Positions 28,496 through 37,718 of a stretch of DNA of 64,000 nucleotides are shown piece by piece. This stretch comes from Bacteroidota bacterium (GTDB taxonomy: Bacteria; Bacteroidota; Bacteroidia; UBA7662): assembly GCA_005799025.1 (NCBI GenBank), contig SYHX01000055.1, positions 21,641-85,640 of the forward strand. Reading direction: 5' to 3'. A model generated the notes under the pieces. That model was not told where the DNA came from. It saw nothing but the letters and a program-made list of their open reading frames with translations, and searched no databases. The translations under genes were made by a program, and so were the position numbers. The first letter of the stretch is position 1. Every line of letters starts with the position of its first letter.

Positions 28496-29329
28496 TCAAG
28501 CTCCCTCGGGATTCAATTCTCTCCATACAAGTTCCGCCAAGGCCGACCCAGATGCCACAATCTCTGTACCATGGAGAGGATTGACCCCCTCTCGAATGCC
28601 TCGGACCACCCCTCCGGCCTCTCGAACCAGCAGGATACCCGCGGCCACATCCCAAGGTTGAAGGTTATGCTCAAAATAGGCATCGAAGCGACCGCAGGCC
28701 ACATAGGCCAAATCCAAAGCTGCCGAACCTAATCGCCGCAGACCACGGCACTGCCGCATGAGTTGCCCCAAGGAGGTCATGTACTCCTCCATACGGTCAA
28801 AGCGATAATAAGGAAAACCGGTGGCGAGCAAGGCATCCTCCAGGTGTTCCTGATCAGAAGCACGAATAGAGGCTCCGTTCAAAAAGGACCCTGCACCCTT
28901 CACGGCCGAAAACATCTCCCTCGTACAAGGCGCATAAACTACCCCAAGCAACAAATCATCATCCTGCGCAAGGGCTATGCTTATGCTGTAAAAGGGAAGG
29001 TTATGCACAAAATTGGTGGTCCCGTCTAATGGATCAATGATCCAACGTAGACCTTTAGAAACACCAACGACCACGCCCTCCTCGCTTTGAAAAGCAGCTT
29101 GAGGGCATAGTTTCGAGAGCCCCTCGATCAACCTCTTCTCGCATTCCAGGTCCGCATGAGTGACCAAATTATGTTTATCCTTGAAATGCACATGCTCCTC
29201 TTGAAGCTGTTCACGGGCTTGCATCAAATAGGCCCCGCAATCGAATACCAAAGCCTCTACTTTGGAACACAAGTCAGAATCGGGAACAAAGGAAATTGGT
29301 TTGTGTAACATACTTTTTAAAGATCGCAT
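28496..29329 (-). CDS. Inositol monophosphatase family protein (SuhB-like)
   Basis: IMPase motifs DLVTHADLECE and WIIDPLDGTTNFVH....VVYAP, plus WDVAAG. Confidence 0.85.
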   Translation of the reverse strand: MRSLKSMLHKPISFVPDSDLCSKVEALVFDCGAYLMQAREQLQEEHVHFKDKHNLVTHADLECEKRLIEGLSKLCPQAAFQSEEGVVVGVSKGLRWIIDPLDGTTNFVHNLPFYSISIALAQDDDLLLGVVYAPCTREMFSAVKGAGSFLNGASIRASDQEHLEDALLATGFPYYRFDRMEEYMTSLGQLMRQCRGLRRLGSAALDLAYVACGRFDAYFEHNLQPWDVAAGILLVREAGGVVRGIREGVNPLHGTEIVASGSALAELVWRELNPEGA

Positions 29330-29360
29330 CTACAGGCTATTCATCCGTGGAACTAAATTC

Positions 29361-31082
29361 TTACGACTTAGAAGGGGGTAGTTTGACAGGAATCTGCTTG
29401 CGCACCCAAGCAATTAACAAGATTAATGCCGTAGTCATGCATGCAATTCTTCCGATAAAATCTCCGTGACTTGCATAAAAAGTCATGGCATGGTTAAGCC
29501 GTAGCTGCCCTTTGACCAAACCCCTTTGATCCCAACCCAGAGATTCAATAAGATCTCCTCTTTGGTTTATGGTCGCAGAGATACCCGTGTTGGCAGATCG
29601 TAGCAAATCTCGACGATTTTCAATGGCACGAAGTCTGGCCCAGGCCAAATGCTGTCGATGGCCGTCCGTATTTCCCCACCACCCATCATTGGTGATAACG
29701 CATAACAAATTAGCGCCATTTCGCACAAATTCGCCGCAGAACTCTCCAAATATGGATTCGTAACATATCAATGTTGCGGCTTTCAAGGGAATTCTCCGCA
29801 AGCTGTCACCATTACCTCCCCGAATTGAAGGGCCAAACAACGGCATGGTCATGGGAATTTGTTCTGCTTGTTTTCCCAATTGCCCGCTCATTCCCCCTAA
29901 ATCAACCGAAATGACCTTGGAAACAGCCTCAAAAAACCATGGATAAGGTAATTTCTCTACCCCAATGACCAGTTTGGATTTATGGTAAATAAGGGGGGGA
30001 GTTGAATCAGTTTCTAGACCCTGAGGAGGCAGGCCCAGGGCCGAATTGTAAGCAGTATACCATTGAAGGTCGCCCTCGCTTAGGCTTCTTGAATAGGGGC
30101 CAGCGTGTTCCTTGTCCTGATGCCATTCCACGGTGCTGGCACCGACAATCCATGCCTGCTTAGGATGCAACCGATGATATGCCTTCAGTTGATCCGCATA
30201 AAGATTTGAGGGCGGACCGTACCCTGTTTGATAAAATCCAGGCAATGCCGTTTCTGGCCACAATACCAAAGCAGTCTCAGCGGCCGAATCAGATAAGGAG
30301 ACCATAATGCGCATTTGATCTGCATAGGTGGACGGATCAAACTTGACCGTGTACGGATCCATATTTGGCTGAATTGCAGCGACCTCGATAAGATTCCCGA
30401 CCGGTTGGTACGTTGCATACCGCCATTGAGAATATCCCCATGGCAAGATTAGCCAAAGTAGAGCAACCGCCCATGACCTGGACAGAAATTTGGGGGCATG
30501 TACCCAGGCCCTGTAGATCCAGAAGTTCACCGATAAAATCCACAAAGAGCCTCCGGCAACCCCAGTCCATTCGTAGAACTGTATCCACGAGGGATGATTG
30601 GCCATGGCATGGCCCAAAAGCAGCCATGGAAAATCCAAATCAATCCTATGATGCGTATATTCTATTGCCAACCATGGACTTATCCAAAAAATCCACGTAA
30701 GCCATGGCTTATTTTCCAGGGAATATCCGGAATGACGGCACAGTAATCGATAAACCAACACGGCAACAGTAACATACCCTGCATTAGCGACCACCCCCGC
30801 AACGACTCCGATAAGCGCCGCATGATAGACCCACCAGGTACCAAGTCCAAATGCAGCGAGCATAGCGCCAAAAACAAAACTCATTCGATTACCTTGTATA
30901 AAGGGATCCGCAAGCCATAGAATTGGAACCAAAGCCACCATGATCAAAAACGAAAAATCAAAGGGCGGAAATGACCCCCACCATAAACCTGCCGCCACCA
31001 AGGCGGAAAGGACGCTTTTCATCCCTGGCGCAGCGTTGGAGGCAATAGATTCCCGGATATTCCTTAAAAGGGACATGACCAT
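29361..31082 (-). CDS. lnt: Apolipoprotein N-acyltransferase
   Basis: A polytopic N-terminal membrane domain precedes a CN-hydrolase domain with the conserved Cys in ICYESIFGEF. Confidence 0.85.
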   Translation of the reverse strand: MVMSLLRNIRESIASNAAPGMKSVLSALVAAGLWWGSFPPFDFSFLIMVALVPILWLADPFIQGNRMSFVFGAMLAAFGLGTWWVYHAALIGVVAGVVANAGYVTVAVLVYRLLCRHSGYSLENKPWLTWIFWISPWLAIEYTHHRIDLDFPWLLLGHAMANHPSWIQFYEWTGVAGGSLWILSVNFWIYRAWVHAPKFLSRSWAVALLWLILPWGYSQWRYATYQPVGNLIEVAAIQPNMDPYTVKFDPSTYADQMRIMVSLSDSAAETALVLWPETALPGFYQTGYGPPSNLYADQLKAYHRLHPKQAWIVGASTVEWHQDKEHAGPYSRSLSEGDLQWYTAYNSALGLPPQGLETDSTPPLIYHKSKLVIGVEKLPYPWFFEAVSKVISVDLGGMSGQLGKQAEQIPMTMPLFGPSIRGGNGDSLRRIPLKAATLICYESIFGEFCGEFVRNGANLLCVITNDGWWGNTDGHRQHLAWARLRAIENRRDLLRSANTGISATINQRGDLIESLGWDQRGLVKGQLRLNHAMTFYASHGDFIGRIACMTTALILLIAWVRKQIPVKLPPSKS

Positions 31083-31169
31083 GGCTTATATCCTCAAAGT
31101 AACCCATACAACCCATGAGTTCACCCTTATGAGCGCAATTTGACTTATTTTTATGACAATCCAATAACC

Positions 31170-34100
31170 ATGAACTATTTGATTTCGCGAAGCAAGGCGC
31201 TTTTGAGCAATATCATTTTTTTCATACTTACCAGCGGCCTAACCGCCTTCAATTCTAACGTGTTTGCGCAAGCACAAAGATCAAGCAGCGGCCCATTTCC
31301 GATGCCTCATCAGGGCGGCGTTCAAGAACTACCTGCTATTCCCGAGAATCCTGAGTCGTTGGCGCAAATTTGGGGCTCTTACCCCTCCTTTGACAGTAGG
31401 ATTTACCTAGCCTTGGGGGTGCACCGTTTACCCAGCACGGCTGAATGGAAAAAAATGGAAGAACTTGGACTGAACTATCAGGGGTATATGCCGCCTTTGG
31501 CGTATTTGGTTTCCGTCCCTGAACAGCCAAGCCCGGCTTTGCTCGAGTATTTGTCCGGTGAACGTGGTCTTTTTGCGGCCTGTGATCTGCTGAGGGTGGA
31601 CGCCAAACGGTCCATGGAGCTGACTCTTCCCTCGGCAGGACCTGGAATTTTGACTAAAAACGGCCTCAAAGGACTGCATATCGTGCTCCATCCTGGTGCG
31701 AACCTTGAAAGGTTCAAGGAATATTTGAGGAGCCTGCCCTTGGTGGAGTCTATGGAGCCTGCACACGGACAATTGGGGTTGAGCCTCTATGCCAATGATA
31801 CGGATGCTGAAATTCTCCTCGCCCACCCAGCCGTTCAATTCATGGAACCTGCCCGAGGGCCAGGAGAACCCGAAGATCGGGAAGCCCGCAGTTTGCATCG
31901 AGGTCACGCCATTGATAATAAAATGGAAGGGGGTACAAGGTATAATGGAAGCGGCATAACGGTTGCCATCGCAGATGATGGCGCCATTGGTCCCCACATT
32001 GATTTTAATGGGAGATTAACGCAATATTCAACCAATACCTCTTCGGCCAATACCCACGGTGATATGGTCTCTGGGATCGCTGTAGGTTCAGGTAATTTGA
32101 ATCCAACCCGGATTGGGGCAGCTTACGGTTCTTACCTGCACATGTACAGTATATCGAGCTACCCCCATATCGCCAATGCAGTTGCTAATTACAACAGCTT
32201 GGGCACGACCCTGACTTCCACATCGTATTCAGAGGTTAACGGCGGGGTTTACAACAGCAGCGCCGTGACTATCGATGGGCAAATTCAAAGCAATGCCATG
32301 TTGATGCATATATTCTCGGCCGGGAATGCTGGCACAGCCGATCATGGTTACGGGGCCGGGACCGGTTGGGGCAACATTACCGGTGGGTACAAGGCCGCCA
32401 AAAATGTAATCGCTGTGGGCAATTTACGCAACACCGATGCGCTCGAAAGCTCATCCAGCAGAGGCCCTGCCAAAGACGGTCGCATCAAACCCGATATCTG
32501 TGCCAACGGATACAACCAAATGTCCACCGCACCCAACAACACCTACCAAACCGGAGGAGGAACCTCAGCGGCATCTCCCTCGGTGATGGGAACCCTTGCC
32601 CAAATCAGCCACGGCTACCGAGCCATGAACAACAATACTGTGCCACCCACAGCCTTGCTCAAAGCAGCCATCCTGAATACCGCTGAAGACTTGGGTAATC
32701 CTGGGCCCGATTATCAATTTGGTTGGGGCCGGATCAACGCATTGCGCGCTATCCAATTGTTACAAAACAACCGTTATGTTACCGGAAATCTTGCAGTCAA
32801 CGATAGTATCAACCATGTCATTGATGTTCCAGCCAATGTTCGCCAATTAAGGGTGATGGTGTATTGGGCCGACTATGCAGGGATCGCCAATGCGACCCGT
32901 GCCTTGGTGAATAACCTTGATCTCAAGGTCCTTACCCCATCCAGCGCAACCCAATTACCTTTGAAATTGGACCCCAGTCCCAATACCGCTTCTTTGAGCA
33001 GTGTTGCGGTACCTGGCCTGGATTCCCTTAATAATGTGGAGCAGGTCCGCATCAACAACCCAGCAGCGGGAACCTATACGGCTCGCATCATGGGTCAAGG
33101 AATTGCACAAGGTCCGCAAGTTTATTGGTTGGTTTACGAATGGCATACCGACCAAATCACCATGACCTATCCCATGGGCGGCGAGTCTTTCGTCAGCGGA
33201 GAAACCGAAATCCTCCGATGGGATGCCACCGGAAATACGGGGCCATTCACCTTGCAATGGAGCTCCAACAACGGACAAAGCTGGACTACGATTGCAAGCA
33301 ATCTGGCAGCATCAGTTCGGCATTACAGCTGGGTGGTGCCTACGGTCACCAGCGGACAAATCAAAATTCGGGTAAGTTCCGGGGCAATCGTCAGTGAAAG
33401 CTCTCAACCTTTGAACATCAGTCCTTTGGTCTCCGGTATTGCCTTTCCTACGGTTTGTTCAACCTCCTTGAGCTTGTCATGGTCCGCCGTATCCGGCGCG
33501 GGTCGTTATGTCATTCATCGCCTAGGTTTAAGGTACATGGACTCCGTGGGCACCACGACCTCTACCACCTTTACAGTCAATGGCACCAACCTCAGTTCGG
33601 AAGATTGGTACGCGATTACCCCCATCGGCACCAACAATGATTGGAGAGGAAGGCGTTCCAATGCAGTGGCCAAACCTTTGACAGGCCCTATCAACTGCGC
33701 GGGGGGTTCCACTATTGGTGGTACCTTGGTTTATGGCAATACGGCTCAAAGCCCCATGACCAATACCATCATCGTGCTCAAACAGAACAATACCGAAATT
33801 GGCAGGGATACCACCGATGCGCAGGGCATTTTCAGGCTTGGTAATAGTCCTGCCGGGACTTATACCTTGGAATACCAGACCAACAAGGCTTGGGGCGGGG
33901 TCAATGCCACCGATGCCTTGGGCATTAACCGGCATTTCAGCAACGTGGCCACGCTGAGTGGATTCTATGCAATGGCAGCCGATCTCAATGCGAGTAATTC
34001 AATCAATGCAACGGACGCATTAATTACTGCTCGTAGATTTTCTAATCTTATAACCAGTATACCCGCAGGGAATTGGATTTTTGAGACAGGAACGTTGAAC

Positions 34101-34190
34101 CTTATCAACGGTGGCACCTACAACAACCTTATACTTAAATCGCTGACTTTCGGGGATGTAAACGGCTCCTATATCCCACCAGGGAATTAA
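31170..34190 (+). CDS. S8 family subtilisin-like serine peptidase with Fn3-like, CarboxypepD_reg-like and dockerin-like C-terminal modules
   Basis: Signal peptide, then catalytic Asp (VAIADDGAIGPHID), His (HGDMVSGIAVG) and Ser (GGGTSAASPSVMG). The C-terminus has an Fn3-like LSLSWSAVSGAGRYVI segment, then TDAQGIFRLGNSPAGTYTLEY, then WGGVNATDALGINRHF....ADLNASNSINATDALITARRF...GDVNGSYIPPGN. The first ATG is at 31170. Confidence 0.9.
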   Translation: MNYLISRSKALLSNIIFFILTSGLTAFNSNVFAQAQRSSSGPFPMPHQGGVQELPAIPENPESLAQIWGSYPSFDSRIYLALGVHRLPSTAEWKKMEELGLNYQGYMPPLAYLVSVPEQPSPALLEYLSGERGLFAACDLLRVDAKRSMELTLPSAGPGILTKNGLKGLHIVLHPGANLERFKEYLRSLPLVESMEPAHGQLGLSLYANDTDAEILLAHPAVQFMEPARGPGEPEDREARSLHRGHAIDNKMEGGTRYNGSGITVAIADDGAIGPHIDFNGRLTQYSTNTSSANTHGDMVSGIAVGSGNLNPTRIGAAYGSYLHMYSISSYPHIANAVANYNSLGTTLTSTSYSEVNGGVYNSSAVTIDGQIQSNAMLMHIFSAGNAGTADHGYGAGTGWGNITGGYKAAKNVIAVGNLRNTDALESSSSRGPAKDGRIKPDICANGYNQMSTAPNNTYQTGGGTSAASPSVMGTLAQISHGYRAMNNNTVPPTALLKAAILNTAEDLGNPGPDYQFGWGRINALRAIQLLQNNRYVTGNLAVNDSINHVIDVPANVRQLRVMVYWADYAGIANATRALVNNLDLKVLTPSSATQLPLKLDPSPNTASLSSVAVPGLDSLNNVEQVRINNPAAGTYTARIMGQGIAQGPQVYWLVYEWHTDQITMTYPMGGESFVSGETEILRWDATGNTGPFTLQWSSNNGQSWTTIASNLAASVRHYSWVVPTVTSGQIKIRVSSGAIVSESSQPLNISPLVSGIAFPTVCSTSLSLSWSAVSGAGRYVIHRLGLRYMDSVGTTTSTTFTVNGTNLSSEDWYAITPIGTNNDWRGRRSNAVAKPLTGPINCAGGSTIGGTLVYGNTAQSPMTNTIIVLKQNNTEIGRDTTDAQGIFRLGNSPAGTYTLEYQTNKAWGGVNATDALGINRHFSNVATLSGFYAMAADLNASNSINATDALITARRFSNLITSIPAGNWIFETGTLNLINGGTYNNLILKSLTFGDVNGSYIPPGN

Positions 34191-34196
34191 TCAAGG

Positions 34197-34907
34197 TTAA
34201 TCCTTTTGGACCCCTTGCAGTACCAAGACGATTTCGCCTTTGGGGGGCCTGCTTTCACAGTGTTGGGCAAGGTCTGCTATGGATAGATGGATAATTTCCT
34301 GATGCATTTTAGTTAATTCTCGCGCAAGACAGGCGCGCCTCTCGGGGCCCAGTTTCTCGGCCAAATCCTTCACCGTACGGAGAATTCGGTGAGGGGATTC
34401 ATAAATAATAATCGTTCGGGCCTCGGTCTTCAAAGCGGCTATTCGGGTAGCTCTGCCTTTCTTGAGGGGAAGAAAACCTTCAAAAACAAAACGATCGCAC
34501 GGAAATCCCGACAAGAGCAAAGCAGGAAGGATGGCGGTGGGTCCAGGAGCGACATCGACCTTTATTCCGTGTTGCAACAAATACCGTATTAACAAAAATC
34601 CAGGGTCCGAAATCCCAGGAGTTCCTGCATCAGAAACCAAAACCATTTGGGCCCCGGATTGCAGTTGACTGAGAATTTTGTCAAGAATCACATGCTCATT
34701 GTGAGCGTGATAGGACTTCAATACGGCCTGAATACCCAAATGCTTAAGCAGCATTCCGGTAGTCCTGGTATCTTCGCACAGAACCAAATCAGCACTCCTC
34801 AGTAGCTCCAAACTACGGGCCGTAATGTCGCCCAAGTTTCCCAGCGGGGTGGAGACCACGCTAAGTAAACCGCTAGCCTTGGGCTGATCTGACTCCCTCG
34901 ATATCAC
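34197..34907 (-). CDS. rsmI: 16S rRNA (cytidine1402-2'-O)-methyltransferase
   Basis: Tetrapyrrole-methylase fold with LLSVVSTPLGNLGDITARSLELLRSADLVLCEDTRTTGMLLKHLGI. The track start is GTG, and the exact start is uncertain. Confidence 0.85.
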   Translation of the reverse strand: MISRESDQPKASGLLSVVSTPLGNLGDITARSLELLRSADLVLCEDTRTTGMLLKHLGIQAVLKSYHAHNEHVILDKILSQLQSGAQMVLVSDAGTPGISDPGFLLIRYLLQHGIKVDVAPGPTAILPALLLSGFPCDRFVFEGFLPLKKGRATRIAALKTEARTIIIYESPHRILRTVKDLAEKLGPERRACLARELTKMHQEIIHLSIADLAQHCESRPPKGEIVLVLQGVQKD

Positions 34908-35161
34908 GGCAATTCGCGAACCGCGAAAGAAAACGATTCCATCACCGGGTTAGCCAGCAGTTCTTGGCAAGCCTTACGGGCCATGGATTCGGCATCGGAG
35001 GAATTAGAAGCCTGCACTTGCATTCGAATATGTTTACCGACACGGACATCGACGACATCCGATAAATCCAAACGGGCTAAGCCAGTCAGGACCGCTTTGC
35101 CTTGAGGATCCAACAAAGCATCGTGAGGCATCACGTTAATTTCAACAAGGTATGATTTCAT
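34904..35161 (-). CDS. purS: Phosphoribosylformylglycinamidine synthase subunit PurS
   Basis: The 85-aa product MKSYLVEINVMPHDALLDPQGKAVLTGLARL...ACQELLANPVMESF is typical of PurS. Its ATG overlaps the stop of pssA (ATGA). Confidence 0.8.
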   Translation of the reverse strand: MKSYLVEINVMPHDALLDPQGKAVLTGLARLDLSDVVDVRVGKHIRMQVQASNSSDAESMARKACQELLANPVMESFSFAVRELP

Positions 35162-35937
35162 AACCAACGAAGTATAAGAATAGAAATAGGAATATACAAG
35201 AACATGACAGCAAAGAGTCCCGAGAATCCCCATACACCCACAGCTCCAGCCACCAAAACAATAATAACATAACGAAGGTATGGAAACCGTTTTGAAAGTT
35301 CGGATGGTTTCAGCGATACCATGGGCAAATTAGAAACCAGCAAGGCGGAACTCCCCAAAGCCGCAAGGGCCAAATGCCAACCCTCTAATTTCAAAAGCCA
35401 GGTCACAGGCCATGATGAAAGCGAACCGAGAAAGCCCATCCAAAGAATGGCATGCGCAGGTGTGGGCAAGCCAATGAAATGAGGCGTAGGCACCTTCATT
35501 AAATTGAAACGTGCAAGCCGCCACGCTGAGGCCAGTGGTATGGCCGCAAAACAAAGCAACCACCATGCCTCGCCGTTGGAGGGAAAAGTAGGCATGGGCC
35601 ATTGCGTATTCAATTCCAACGGCCATGGCGACATACCGTAAGAAGGCATTAGACTGCGCGAATGTACCATGAGCAAAGCCGCGGGCAGGAGCCCAAATGA
35701 AACCAAGTCTGCCAAAGAATCCAATTCACGACCCATTTCGGAAGGTGCACGCAACCACCGGGCCGTCGCCCCATCTGCAAAATCAAGAACTGCGGCAATC
35801 GCAATACAATATAAGGCCCAACCCTCTCCACCGTTAAAAGCGCCGACCAAACCCAGGCAACCGCAAAGCAAATTCCCCAAAGTCATGACATTGGGCACAA
35901 AAACCCAAAACGATTGACCTTCCTTGTGGTTATTCAT
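35158..35937 (-). CDS. pssA: CDP-alcohol phosphatidyltransferase (CDP-diacylglycerol--serine O-phosphatidyltransferase-like)
   Basis: CDP-OH_P_transf motif DFADGATARWLRAPSEMGRELDSLADLVSFG in a multi-TM protein. The ATG is at 35937; the track start is TTG at 35958. Confidence 0.8.
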   Translation of the reverse strand: MNNHKEGQSFWVFVPNVMTLGNLLCGCLGLVGAFNGGEGWALYCIAIAAVLDFADGATARWLRAPSEMGRELDSLADLVSFGLLPAALLMVHSRSLMPSYGMSPWPLELNTQWPMPTFPSNGEAWWLLCFAAIPLASAWRLARFNLMKVPTPHFIGLPTPAHAILWMGFLGSLSSWPVTWLLKLEGWHLALAALGSSALLVSNLPMVSLKPSELSKRFPYLRYVIIVLVAGAVGVWGFSGLFAVMFLYIPISILILRWL

Positions 35938-36047
35938 AGGCCGAAAATACGGCCACAACGATTATTGCAAGCATCTCTGCAAGCATCCCATTGAAGGGCC
36001 CCAAACCGTGTACTTTTGCTTTGAATTCAACATCATACCCCCTAATT

Positions 36048-36461
36048 ATGACGCCAGAAGAAATCATATCCACATTGCAGAAATCCATGATAGGCACCTT
36101 GGGCGAAACCCTAGGCATGGAAATTATTCTTGCAGAAATGGGGCTACTCAAAGGTCGAATGCCGGTGGATCACCGAACCAAACAACCTTTTGGGCTTTTG
36201 CACGGAGGCGCGTCGGTGGCTTTAGCCGAAACATTGGGCAGCATAGGCGCCAACATGTTGGCCTATCCCGACAAACATGCTGTTGGAATGGAAATCAATG
36301 CCAACCACTTACGTCCTATCAGCGATGGTTACGTCACCGGTATTGCCAAGATACTTCACCAAGGATCCACCAGCCATGTATGGGAAATACGTATCGAAGA
36401 TGAACGCGGTAATCTCTGTTGCATTTCCCGCTTCACAGCTGCAATTCGTCGCAATCCTTAA
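36048..36461 (+). CDS. Hotdog-fold PaaI/YdiI-type thioesterase (candidate 1,4-dihydroxy-2-naphthoyl-CoA hydrolase)
   Basis: A roughly 137-aa 4HBT-type hotdog protein with GLLHGGASVALAETLGS and HVWEIRIEDERGNLCCISRFT. Its stop overlaps the menF start (TAATG), so the function is inferred from operon context. Confidence 0.7.
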   Translation: MTPEEIISTLQKSMIGTLGETLGMEIILAEMGLLKGRMPVDHRTKQPFGLLHGGASVALAETLGSIGANMLAYPDKHAVGMEINANHLRPISDGYVTGIAKILHQGSTSHVWEIRIEDERGNLCCISRFTAAIRRNP

Positions 36462-37696
36462 TGCCAAACCCCTTGAAGCAAGAAGAGCTTTTTGATCGCG
36501 CCATCCGCGCAGATTTTGGCTGGGTTTCTTACCGATTACCTTCCGAGGACGGTGTTTCAGTCCCTGAACCGCAACATTTCATCGATCCAGAAGCGAAGGC
36601 TCAGCGGCCTTGGTTGGAGAGTTCCCGCGACGGGTTCGTGGTAGCCCCCTTCAGCCTTGCCCATGGACCAGAACTATGGCTCAATCCGGTGGTTCGATGG
36701 CAAGGGAACACAGCGGATTCCCAAGGCCTATCTGCTGCAGATGATTTGTTGGATGTTTATATTTCTAGTGTTGATTCCTTGAAAAGTCAAGTTGAAAATC
36801 CACAGGAAGGTGGAGCAGGTTCCATCGGCACCGAAGAAGATCCGGAACAAGTCCAATCTCAACATTATATTGATTTCTGCAAATCAGTTCGCCAAATCAC
36901 CGAGATCTTACAAGGCCAGACTTCGGTTTCGGTCCCTTGCAAAGAAACGGGTCCTCTCCAAAAAGTGGTTTGGTCTAGGACAAAGCGTCTCAGCCTGCAT
37001 CCCAACGCTCACCCGTGCTTGCTCTTTGAGGCTTTGTGCAAGGCTTACCCCACCTTGCATATTGTGTTGCTAAATCACCCTTCCTACGGTATATGGTTGG
37101 GCTGCAGCCCTGAAACCCTGGTAGAGAAGGAGGCAGAACATATTCGTAGCATGGCTCTGGCTGGGACAAGAACCCCTTCCAATGCCAGTCCTTGGGGTAA
37201 CAAAGAAATCAAAGAACAATGCCTGGTGCTTGAATATTTACAGGACCGTTTTGCCGCCAAAGCCATATCATTAGATTTGCAAGAGACCTCAACTGTTCAA
37301 AAAGGCCCTGTAGAGCATTTGTTAAATAAAATTGAAGGCATCTCTGACATTTCGTGTTATGAAATGGCGCATTCTCTGCATCCTACACCAGCTGTTGCCG
37401 GTTTACCTATTTCAGAATCCGTTGAATATATCCTTGAAAAGGAGCCGTATAGACGACTTCTCTACTCGGGCTATTGGGGTTATATCAATAAACAAGGGGA
37501 TGGTTTGCTTTCGGTTAATTTGCGGTGTTTGCATTGGGAGAACAGCCGCGTAACCCTGTATATGGGTGCGGGGATTTTACCCGAATCGGACGCGGATGCG
37601 GAATGGTTGGAGACCCGCAGAAAGTCGGAAACACTGATCAATATTCTGAAATCTTTGAACTGGATTTTTTCTCCTGCAGAGATTGATGAAGATTGA
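36461..37696 (+). CDS. menF: Isochorismate synthase
   Basis: C-terminal domain of a chorismate-utilising enzyme: PTPAVAGLP...EPYRRLLYSGYWGYI..LRCL...LYMGAGILPESDADAEWLETRRKSETL. It lies upstream of menD/menB. Confidence 0.8.
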   Translation: MPNPLKQEELFDRAIRADFGWVSYRLPSEDGVSVPEPQHFIDPEAKAQRPWLESSRDGFVVAPFSLAHGPELWLNPVVRWQGNTADSQGLSAADDLLDVYISSVDSLKSQVENPQEGGAGSIGTEEDPEQVQSQHYIDFCKSVRQITEILQGQTSVSVPCKETGPLQKVVWSRTKRLSLHPNAHPCLLFEALCKAYPTLHIVLLNHPSYGIWLGCSPETLVEKEAEHIRSMALAGTRTPSNASPWGNKEIKEQCLVLEYLQDRFAAKAISLDLQETSTVQKGPVEHLLNKIEGISDISCYEMAHSLHPTPAVAGLPISESVEYILEKEPYRRLLYSGYWGYINKQGDGLLSVNLRCLHWENSRVTLYMGAGILPESDADAEWLETRRKSETLINILKSLNWIFSPAEIDED

Positions 37697-37718
37697 ATAC
37701 GGCCTTTTTTCATAGCAA

